Source of the DNA: Flavobacteriia bacterium
GTDB taxonomy: Bacteria > Bacteroidota > Bacteroidia > Flavobacteriales_D > Crocinitomicaceae
Assembly (NCBI GenBank): GCA_009923965.1
Contig: RFSL01000001.1
Location: 1 to 30,170, forward strand
DNA length: 30,170 nucleotides
Reading direction: 5' to 3'
In this document: positions 9,376 to 16,590 of the stretch, piece by piece
Layout of the letters: each line of letters starts with the position of its first letter
How positions within the stretch are numbered: the stretch's first letter is position 1
Notes under the pieces: generated by a model
Seen by the model: only the letters and a program-made list of their open reading frames with translations
Database searches by the model: none
What the model was told of the DNA's origin: nothing
Made by a program: the position numbers and the translations under genes

Positions 9376-11697
9376 TTATTGTTTAATAAAGCGCTTCAAA
9401 GCAGTTCTTCCGTTTGTTAAATCGACTTTTAACCAATAGGTGCCAATCGCTAGAGAAGAAATTTCTAATTCATGGGACTCAAATAATGCAGGTTCGCTGT
9501 AAATTAATTTTCCATAAATATCAACAATGCTAATTTGGTTTGCAGAAGAAGGTAAATTAATAAACAGCAAATCATTTGCTGGATTTGGAAAAACATTCAA
9601 CTCTTGATTTTCACTTTCTACTATTCCTATAGTGCTATCATTTTTAACAATTATTCCAAGTTCTGATCCAAATGCAGGGGCAGTAAGCGTATAAAAAATT
9701 GTATTATTGTGATTTGCCAAAGACAAGCTTCCATTTGCTTGGAAACCAGTTAAGCCATCTCCATAATAATCATAGATTTTAAAAGTATAGCAGTCTGAAA
9801 CAGAAATAGGAACATCCCAATTGTAAGTTGTATTATCTAAAAGAGGACTTGTAGGATCAGTTGGCCCAGGAGTAATACCTGTACCATAAGTCCCTGCAAA
9901 ACTTTCATTTCCTTGAAACCAAACTACCGTGCCATTGCTTGAAATTAACTCCATGTATGTTTCTGAAGAATAATTATCCGTTAGCAGTGTAACTTTGAGC
10001 AAATTTGAAGTTTGATTTTCAGTTGAAACAACAAATTGTAAGCTAGTCGAATTATTTGCTGCTAATTCATCAATTCCATTGTTTACCTGAGAAACACTAG
10101 CTGAAAAAGTATGATTTCCCGGCAATAATTGTACAGAAGGCAGGTTTATTACTTGTGTTTGAAATTGAGCTAAACTTCCATTCCAATTATAACTTTGCGC
10201 TGCCCCACCATCAATTGAATAGCTTACAATAGCTGAAATTAATGTTTGACTGCCACCATTAGAAATAGTGACATTTGGAATATAATTAGAACCACAAAGA
10301 GAAGTTTGTATGAAAGTAGAATTACTTAATCCAGCATCAAGCGTTATTGTTGGGGCATTTGATGGGTCATAGCCATCTATGAAACTTGCATTAGTGTTAT
10401 TTGGGTCTAACCAATATTTTAATTGTCCACTAGTAGTGCTTCCGGCAGGATTCCAAGAGACACTTACTTTCCCGTATTCATCTGATAACACTGATGCGCC
10501 ACATGCTGAAGCACCTCCATGTAATTGGCCAATTATTCTATGATTTCCATTATATAAAGGAGACCCTGAAGACCCGGGCTCAGTTACGCCAAGATCCCAA
10601 GTCTGAATTCCCCAATGACTATTTGCAGGATTTCCGCCAAAAGTTGTAGAAATTAAGGGATCGTTTTCTACAGCAATTTTTTTAATATCCCCTGAAGGAT
10701 GATGAATACAAACTGCTGATGGAGAAATTGTTTCAGTATTATCCCAACCAGAAAAGTAAGGAGTGTAAGCTGCTGGAACAGTACCATTTACTAAGCCTCC
10801 TGTGATTTCTACCAAACAAAAATCGGATGGTGTTCCTTGTGCTCTTAAAACAGCGCCAGATAATGATTGAAATGTGGGAGAAGTTGACGGATTTAAACAA
10901 GAAGTAGATTCCCATTGAAATCGAAAAATCCAAGTGGCAGGATTACTATAGCAATGATTAGCCGTTAAAACATAAGGTTTCCCGTCGTTTAAAGTATTAT
11001 TTATTAAGGCCCCAGTACAAAAACCGTTACTCCCTGAAACAAGCATAACAACGCTATTTCGTTGTTGTGTCCAAGCAGCTCCTTCGGGGCAATTAACATT
11101 AACATTACAGGCTCCAGAGCCACCAAAAGCTCTAAGTAAAAATTCATTTGGTGTTCGATAGCCATGCGTAACCGTACAAATATTTACATTTCCAATAGAA
11201 GACTCTTTAGGCACAAAATATTCAACAATTGTCATTTCTCCGGGCACTAATTCTGTTCCCAGTTCACCATTATATAGATGAGATGCTGTAAATTTTCCAA
11301 GAATAAAATCTTTGCTTGGATTATAGACATACAATTCATTTCCTGTAGGAATAGTAGTTTGAGAAAAAGTTAAATTAACCGTTAATGCATTTTTACAAAC
11401 AACAACAAGTTGCCAAATTCTATCTCCATTTGGTAAATTAATCCAAGTTCCAGAATTTGAGATGTTGATATTCGTATTATTATTAAATCCAAAGCGCCAA
11501 GGAGCGGTTCCCGAATTGTCAGTTAGGGAATCTTCAATCTTTAAGGCAGCTATATTCGGTTCATCAAAAACACGCTTATCGATTTTATTATAATCTAGCA
11601 CTTGTTTGTAGGTTTTAGGGATTCCTCCATCGCCTTGCTGAGAAAAGATCACTAAGCTTAAAAGTAAAAAAAACGATAGTAAAAAAGACTTTGTCAT
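9376..11697 (-). CDS. T9SS-secreted lysyl-endopeptidase-like serine protease (S1 clan PA) with CARDB/Ig-like domains and type A CTD
   Basis: Signal peptide (VIFS-Q); triad TANHC / SDFCLVEI / VTEPGSSGSP; C-terminal VFPNPAND...IVDIYGK...GTYWLKV...KRFIKQ. Confidence 0.88.
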   Translation of the reverse strand: MTKSFLLSFFLLLSLVIFSQQGDGGIPKTYKQVLDYNKIDKRVFDEPNIAALKIEDSLTDNSGTAPWRFGFNNNTNINISNSGTWINLPNGDRIWQLVVVCKNALTVNLTFSQTTIPTGNELYVYNPSKDFILGKFTASHLYNGELGTELVPGEMTIVEYFVPKESSIGNVNICTVTHGYRTPNEFLLRAFGGSGACNVNVNCPEGAAWTQQRNSVVMLVSGSNGFCTGALINNTLNDGKPYVLTANHCYSNPATWIFRFQWESTSCLNPSTSPTFQSLSGAVLRAQGTPSDFCLVEITGGLVNGTVPAAYTPYFSGWDNTETISPSAVCIHHPSGDIKKIAVENDPLISTTFGGNPANSHWGIQTWDLGVTEPGSSGSPLYNGNHRIIGQLHGGASACGASVLSDEYGKVSVSWNPAGSTTSGQLKYWLDPNNTNASFIDGYDPSNAPTITLDAGLSNSTFIQTSLCGSNYIPNVTISNGGSQTLISAIVSYSIDGGAAQSYNWNGSLAQFQTQVINLPSVQLLPGNHTFSASVSQVNNGIDELAANNSTSLQFVVSTENQTSNLLKVTLLTDNYSSETYMELISSNGTVVWFQGNESFAGTYGTGITPGPTDPTSPLLDNTTYNWDVPISVSDCYTFKIYDYYGDGLTGFQANGSLSLANHNNTIFYTLTAPAFGSELGIIVKNDSTIGIVESENQELNVFPNPANDLLFINLPSSANQISIVDIYGKLIYSEPALFESHELEISSLAIGTYWLKVDLTNGRTALKRFIKQ

Positions 11698-11713
11698 TGT
11701 ATTACTTTAATTT

Positions 11714-12325
11714 TTATTTTGAGACTCTTTTAATACTACAACCCTTTGCTGCTGTAAAATTTGGTTTAACCTTTTTTCCATTTAATACTGATTGAATGGC
11801 CATGCTTAAATACTGCTCATCTTTCTTACGTTTATTGTCCCAGATATTATCAATAGATCCAGCATAAATCAACTTATTATTTTTATCAAAGAAAAAAACA
11901 TGCGGAGTTGTCTTTGCCTCCATTGCATTTGCCAATTCTGAATTCTCATCCATTAAATAAGGCATTTGATAAGACATCTTTTTTGCATGGGATTTCATTT
12001 CCTCAAAAGAATCTACTCCGGCTCTTTTTCCCTCGTTAGAATTTACTAAAACGAAACCAATATTTGCTTTTAAGGCCATATTATATAATGGATTATATTG
12101 ATTTTCCCAACCTGGAAAATCTTCTGTTCCTACAACAAATGGACAAGTGTTACAACTAAAGATAACTATCAATCCATTTTCTTTTTTAATGTCAGTTAAG
12201 GACATTGAGGATTCCTGCGTACAAGGAAAGACTTTATCCATTAAGGGGGCTGATGATTTTAATTTAATTTGTGAACTAGCAAACTGAGCGAGTAATATTA
12301 AGATTGAAAGAAGAAATGATTTCAT
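11714..12325 (-). CDS. Exported thioredoxin/peroxiredoxin-like redoxin (AhpC/TSA fold)
   Basis: Signal peptide (FASS-Q), FSCNTCPFV, YLMDENSELA, TTPHVFFFD and C-terminal GCSIK. Confidence 0.85.
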   Translation of the reverse strand: MKSFLLSILILLAQFASSQIKLKSSAPLMDKVFPCTQESSMSLTDIKKENGLIVIFSCNTCPFVVGTEDFPGWENQYNPLYNMALKANIGFVLVNSNEGKRAGVDSFEEMKSHAKKMSYQMPYLMDENSELANAMEAKTTPHVFFFDKNNKLIYAGSIDNIWDNKRKKDEQYLSMAIQSVLNGKKVKPNFTAAKGCSIKRVSK

Positions 12326-12348
12326 TGTTAGAAAATTTAGTTGTAAGT

Positions 12349-12356
12349 CAAAATTA
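12349..12356 (-). promoter_or_regulatory. -7 promoter element for the redoxin-protease-hemW operon
   Basis: Minus strand TAATTTTG, about 23 nt upstream of the redoxin ATG. Confidence 0.5.
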
Positions 12357-12456
12357 GTTGTTTTTATTGAAAATTTCTAGTATTTTTTGATTTATTGAGA
12401 ACTTTTTTACCAACTAAATAAAGCAATTGAATCAGATTAATGTTCTGCGAATTTGA

Positions 12457-12464
12457 TATATTTG
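12457..12464 (+). promoter_or_regulatory. Primary-sigma -7 element upstream of the ECF sigma gene
   Basis: TATATTTG matches TAnnTTTG; no clear -33 element. Confidence 0.45.
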
Positions 12465-12530
12465 CTTTTAAAAATCAATTTTTTAACGGTTTTGAGCACT
12501 AGCTGAGTTTTATTATTAATTAAACTGTAT

Positions 12531-12558
12531 GCAACTTCCTTTCCATTTAATTAGTCTA
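12531..12558 (+). promoter_or_regulatory. Putative ECF-type autoregulatory promoter
   Basis: GCAACTT-N16-GTCTA ending 12 nt before the sigma ATG; resembles the RpoE/AlgU-type GAACTT-N16/17-TCT architecture. Confidence 0.55.
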
Positions 12559-12570
12559 TAATTACGAGTC

Positions 12571-13095
12571 ATGGATGATACTTCATTGGTAACCGAATGT
12601 TTGAAAGGAAATTCCAGAGCTCAAAAAGCGTTGTTTGACAAATTTGCTCCTAAGATGCTCTCAGTTTGTTTGAGGTACATGAAAAATATCGAAAAAGCAG
12701 AAGATGCTCTTCAAGACGGATTTATTAAGGTTTTTGTTAATCTTTTAAATTATAACAATAGTGGAGTTTTAGAGGGATGGATTAGAAGAATAATAGTAAA
12801 TACCTGCTTAGATGAATTAAAAAAAAATAAAAAACTACTTCTAAATGTTAGCGTTGAGGAAGTAGAATATAAATTAGAAAGCAATGATTTTGTTCAAGAA
12901 CAAATGATGGCAGATGATTTAATGAAGTTAATACAAGATATGCCCGCAGGATATAGAGTTATTTTTAACATGTTTGCGATTGAAGGATATGCGCACCAAG
13001 AGATTGCTACTCAGCTGGGAATTTCAGAAAGCACATCAAAATCACAATATTTGAGAGCTAGAGCATATTTAAAAAACAGAATAGATAAAAGATAA
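12571..13095 (+). CDS. ECF (sigma-24 type) RNA polymerase sigma factor
   Basis: AEDALQDGFIKVF, LEGWIRRIIVNTCLDE (region 2) and FNMFAIEGYAHQEIATQLGISESTSKSQYLRAR (region 4); 174 aa. Confidence 0.96.
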   Translation: MDDTSLVTECLKGNSRAQKALFDKFAPKMLSVCLRYMKNIEKAEDALQDGFIKVFVNLLNYNNSGVLEGWIRRIIVNTCLDELKKNKKLLLNVSVEEVEYKLESNDFVQEQMMADDLMKLIQDMPAGYRVIFNMFAIEGYAHQEIATQLGISESTSKSQYLRARAYLKNRIDKR

Positions 13096-13910
13096 TGATA
13101 GAAAAAGATTACATAAAAGAGTTATTTCAGGATAAACTTACTTCTCACGAAGTTCCTGTTCGAGCTGATCTATGGACTTCTGTTTCATCTTCTATTGGAG
13201 GAAGTTCAGTAGCAGCTTCATCTATGTCTATTGCAACAAAAATAATTATTGCGGCAAGTGTTTCTGCAGTCGCACTTGTTACTTTTTATTTAGTAAACGA
13301 TAAAAATCCGGACCCAAAACCTATTAAAAAAGAGAACCCGCAAGAGCAAAGAATTAGTACTGTTGATTCGCTTAAAATAGAAAAAGAAGAAGAAAAACTC
13401 CTTCCAGAACAACTAGAGCAGCGTGTTGACTGCGCGTATGATTTTTCAACACCTGAAAATGAGTCTGATTTAAATTCGGAATTTCAACAAAGCAACAAAA
13501 TTGATATAAATAAAGAAATTGTTACAGAGAAAGGTCCACAAAAAATAGAGCAACAAGACCCTATTATTCGAAATAACACCACTTCAACAAGCGAAATAGT
13601 AGCTAAACCCGAGATCAAAACAAAAGAGCTAGAATCAACTGTTCTTTTACCAAATATTTTCACGCCAAATGGCGATGGTAAAAATGATTTCTTAAGCATC
13701 AAAATTGGTGAAGTGACAGAATTCTCTGTTGTAATTTTAAATCAAGCAAATAAAGTAATCTTCACCTCCAATGATCCAAATTTTTCATGGGATGGACTCG
13801 CAACAAATGGTGAGCTTTCTCCAGCAGGGACTTATGTTTATTATATCAGTGCTAAAGATTTAAATGGCAAACTGCTAACAAAATATAGCAGCTTAACTAT
13901 AAGTTATTAA
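13095..13910 (+). CDS. Putative anti-sigma-like membrane protein with C-terminal gliding-motility/T9SS type B domain (CHU_C)
   Basis: TAATG overlap with the sigma gene; polar N-terminus; hydrophobic helix at about aa 50-67; charged linker; from aa 185 LPNIFTPNGDGKND...FSWDG...GTYVYYI. The anti-sigma role is inferred. Confidence 0.75.
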   Translation: MIEKDYIKELFQDKLTSHEVPVRADLWTSVSSSIGGSSVAASSMSIATKIIIAASVSAVALVTFYLVNDKNPDPKPIKKENPQEQRISTVDSLKIEKEEEKLLPEQLEQRVDCAYDFSTPENESDLNSEFQQSNKIDINKEIVTEKGPQKIEQQDPIIRNNTTSTSEIVAKPEIKTKELESTVLLPNIFTPNGDGKNDFLSIKIGEVTEFSVVILNQANKVIFTSNDPNFSWDGLATNGELSPAGTYVYYISAKDLNGKLLTKYSSLTISY

Positions 13911-14008
13911 ACTAACTTATTCTTTTCCCATATTTGTATTTAAGAAAGGCATCAGGGTTACTTACTTTAGACTTTATTATTTTATCTTTCAAAAATAGTT
14001 TTTCAAGA

Positions 14009-14908
14009 ATGATTTCGTCTCCAAACACCATCTTATTTTTAGTAAATCCTTTTGCTGGAAAAGGTAAAGCTATGTTAATAGCAAAAAAAACTATTGACAT
14101 AATACGGCAAAACGGCTATGAAACCGAATTGTTTGAAGGAAAAAATAAAGAGGATTTTTTAAATTTCACGACTATTTATGAAATAAATAAAATTCAGAAA
14201 ATTGCCGTTTTTGGAGGCGATGGTACAATGCACGATATAGTTAATGCGCTTATGCTAAAGTCAGAATGGCTTTCTAAACCACTTATGCTTTTCCCTTGTG
14301 GTACTGGTAACGCATTTTGTCACGATCTCGATTGTTTAAGTGTTGAAAAAGCGACACAACGCTTACTAAATGGGAAAGAAATGCTGGTTGATTTAGCTGA
14401 AATTAAAATGAGGGAAAATAGCATGTGGGCTTTTAACATTGTTGGTTGTGGACTTGTATCTCACATTAATACTTTAGCTGAAAAAATGCGTTATTTTGGG
14501 CCTGCAAGGTATAATATTGCAACGATTATGAAAATAATTTCACCCCCAGTATTAAAAGCTAAAATTTCTTTCAATGGAGAAATTTTTGCTAAAGATTATT
14601 GTTTTCTTTTAGCTTGTAACACCAGATTTACAGGAAAAGGAATGAAGATGGCACCTTTAGCAAAATTAAATGATGGACTAATTGATTTTTTAATTGTAGA
14701 AAAGACAACTCGATTGAAGCTATTAATGCTTTTCCCTAAAATATTTAGTGGAAAACATTTAAATAGTCCTTATTTGAGATATGTTCAAACAAATCACATA
14801 AAAATCGAAACTCAATATCCCGAAATAGTTAATATAGATGGCGAAATAAAGGGAAATACCTCTCTTGAAATAATAGTACACAAACAAAAACTAAAAGTAA
14901 TTTGCTAG
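14009..14908 (+). CDS. Diacylglycerol/lipid kinase family protein (YegS/DgkB-like)
   Basis: LVNPFAGKG, FGGDGTMHD, PCGTGN, NTRFTGKGMKMAP and VNIDGE. I prefer ATG 14009 to the track start at 13934. Confidence 0.9.
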   Translation: MISSPNTILFLVNPFAGKGKAMLIAKKTIDIIRQNGYETELFEGKNKEDFLNFTTIYEINKIQKIAVFGGDGTMHDIVNALMLKSEWLSKPLMLFPCGTGNAFCHDLDCLSVEKATQRLLNGKEMLVDLAEIKMRENSMWAFNIVGCGLVSHINTLAEKMRYFGPARYNIATIMKIISPPVLKAKISFNGEIFAKDYCFLLACNTRFTGKGMKMAPLAKLNDGLIDFLIVEKTTRLKLLMLFPKIFSGKHLNSPYLRYVQTNHIKIETQYPEIVNIDGEIKGNTSLEIIVHKQKLKVIC

Positions 14909-14916
14909 TTCAAAGC
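14853..14916 (+). repeat. 64-bp direct repeat, copy 1 (last 17 sense codons, stop and flank of the DAGK gene)
   Basis: gaaatacctctcttgaaataatagtacacaaacaaaaactaaaagtaatttgctagttcaaagc; base-by-base identical to 15919-15982. Confidence 0.97.
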
Positions 14917-15229
14917 ACTTGAAAAATCTATTAATACCGACGATGACACATAATGTCATATTAAAATCAAAAGAATATCATGTCGTCATAATACCAATAA
15001 GAATTTTGTATGCGATATATTGTATGGTAATTGGTACAACAAACTAATGGAAGAATCATCAAATTGGTAAAAACAGACGATGCTGGGCCTACTTTTCAAG
15101 GGAAGAAATTGAAAAACTAGAAAGTAAATGTTCATTACGATTACAAAATAGCGATGTCAGACAAATACGGAAAACCGAAAGTAAGAGGGTTTAAGAGTGC
15201 CGTTTATATTGAAAATTTGACTAACTATT

Positions 15230-15574
15230 TTACTCTTCGATTAATTGCTTTATTCTTAGTTTATTTTCAGGCAAATAATTAAGCGCAATATCCCAAATAA
15301 TATCATAATCAACGCCGAAATATTCATGTGAAACTTTATTTCTCAATAAATACATTTCGCTCCAAGGCAAATCCGAATGAATAGTTTTAAAGTCTTCCGG
15401 TAAATTTTTAGCTGCTTCTCCAATGATTTCAAAATTTCGAATAACAGCATCAACTGTTTTGTAATCTTGTTTGAACTTAATAAAAGTGTACCCTTCAATA
15501 TATTCAGCAATACGATCCATTACAAGATGTATATCTTCTAAATACATTTTGAATGAACGATTTTCTTTTTTCAT
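15230..15574 (-). CDS. hepT: HepT-like HEPN RNase toxin (DUF86)
   Basis: DAVIRNFEIIGEAAKNL and the RX4HXY motif LRNKVSHEYFGVD; TAATG-coupled to the upstream MNT gene. Confidence 0.92.
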   Translation of the reverse strand: MKKENRSFKMYLEDIHLVMDRIAEYIEGYTFIKFKQDYKTVDAVIRNFEIIGEAAKNLPEDFKTIHSDLPWSEMYLLRNKVSHEYFGVDYDIIWDIALNYLPENKLRIKQLIEE

Positions 15575-15864
15575 TAAACAAAACTAACCTGTTTTAAAAT
15601 CTGACTTTTAAGTTGTTCTTTTAGTGCGTTTTGTGTCACTAAATCTATTTTCTTTTTAAAAACAGATTCAAGAAAAAATTCAAGTGAAAAAAATTTCCAA
15701 CCAATAGGGTGATCCAAAACAACTAAAATATCAATATCACTTTCTTCCGTATTTGAAGAATCAGCATACGAACCAAATAAACCTATTTCTAAAACAGCAT
15801 ACTCTTCTCTAAGCATAGGTTTTAGCTCAATTAATTTTGCTAATATGTCAGCTTTTGAAATCAT
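15574..15864 (-). CDS. mntA: MntA-like minimal nucleotidyltransferase antitoxin
   Basis: GLFGSY...ESDIDILV (GSX10DXD) and KKIDLVT. I prefer ATG 15864 (MISKADIL) to the track start at 15912. Confidence 0.92.
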   Translation of the reverse strand: MISKADILAKLIELKPMLREEYAVLEIGLFGSYADSSNTEESDIDILVVLDHPIGWKFFSLEFFLESVFKKKIDLVTQNALKEQLKSQILKQVSFV

Positions 15865-15868
15865 TCTA

Positions 15869-15876
15869 CAAATATA
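15869..15876 (-). promoter_or_regulatory. -7 promoter element of the mntA-hepT operon, probably leaderless
   Basis: Minus strand TATATTTG-TAGA-ATG. Confidence 0.6.
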
Positions 15877-15918
15877 GTGATTCTTCAAGAAAAAATTCTT
15901 CCTAATCAGCATCGGATA

Positions 15919-15982
15919 GAAATACCTCTCTTGAAATAATAGTACACAAACAAAAACTAAAAGTAATTTGCTAGTTCAAAGC
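15919..15982 (+). repeat. 64-bp direct repeat, copy 2
   Basis: Identical to 14853-14916; flanks diverge on both sides (g vs a before; actt vs tttc after). Confidence 0.97.
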
Positions 15983-16009
15983 TTTCAATTGAATTAATTG
16001 ATTTTTTTA

Positions 16010-16017
16010 TATCTTTG
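16010..16017 (+). promoter_or_regulatory. -7 promoter element for tlpA-DUF6029-omp28
   Basis: TATCTTTG with a TTG at 15989-15991 (18-nt spacer). Confidence 0.6.
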
Positions 16018-16062
16018 AGCACGGCAGGGTTTTTGATTTTACTTTTCCTAAAATTTCCTAAA

Positions 16063-16581
16063 ATGAAAATATATCTTTCTTTTCTAATCATTTTTCTTTC
16101 TTTTTCTAATTATTTTGCGCAAAATGAGATAGAAAACAATGAGGCGATTACTAAAAAACTTCCGAGCGTAAAATTAAAAGATTACAAAGGGAAAGTTGTC
16201 AATACAGCTGAATTAGGGCTTAAAGGGCCTATTGTTTTTAGTTTTTGGGCGACTTGGTGCGCTCCTTGCAAAAAAGAATTAAATGCGATTAATGATCTTT
16301 ACAGTGATTGGCAAGCAGAAACTGGCGTTACATTAGTGGCGGTATCAATTGATGATGAAAAAACCAAAAGTCAAGTGGCTATTTATGTAGACGGAAAAGC
16401 ATGGGAGTACATTGTTTTACTTGATCCAAATGGAGATTTTAAAAGAGCAATGGGCGTTAACAATGTCCCTCATACCTTTTTAGTTGATACAGATGGAACA
16501 ATTGTTTATTCACACAACAATTATGCTCCTGGAGATGAAGAAAAATTATATGAAGAAATAAAGAAACTTAGCTTGAAATAA
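16063..16581 (+). CDS. TlpA-family periplasmic disulfide reductase
   Basis: Signal peptide (YFA-Q), FWATWCAPCKKEL, VAVSIDD and NVPHTFLVD. I prefer ATG 16063 to the TTG at 16015. Confidence 0.92.
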   Translation: MKIYLSFLIIFLSFSNYFAQNEIENNEAITKKLPSVKLKDYKGKVVNTAELGLKGPIVFSFWATWCAPCKKELNAINDLYSDWQAETGVTLVAVSIDDEKTKSQVAIYVDGKAWEYIVLLDPNGDFKRAMGVNNVPHTFLVDTDGTIVYSHNNYAPGDEEKLYEEIKKLSLK

Positions 16582-16590
16582 AGTTTAACA

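Larger units (their letters stand above)
14917..15982. mobile_element. 1066-bp toxin-antitoxin islet bounded by direct repeats (att-like); no integrase present
   Basis: Perfect 64-bp repeats with a 1066-bp period enclose hepT-mntA and about 310 bp of apparently non-coding DNA. Mobility is inferred. Confidence 0.65.

Noticed and set aside
14949-14968. dif-like string cataatgtcatattaaaatc at the islet's left end
   Set aside because: It resembles the centre of E. coli dif only with an insertion and a 4-bp deletion. The XerD arm TTATGTTAAAT is absent and there is no partner site at the other end.
14853-15982. 64-bp repeats as a CRISPR array or IS target-site duplication
   Set aside because: Only two copies, about 1 kb apart, derived from coding sequence. 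Far longer than typical IS duplications; no cas gene, transposase or terminal inverted repeats.
13934-16062. Longer track starts for DAGK (13934), mntA (15912) and tlpA (16015)
   Set aside because: The extensions are non-homologous. For mntA and tlpA they overlap the likely promoter elements; the downstream ATGs fit family N-termini better.
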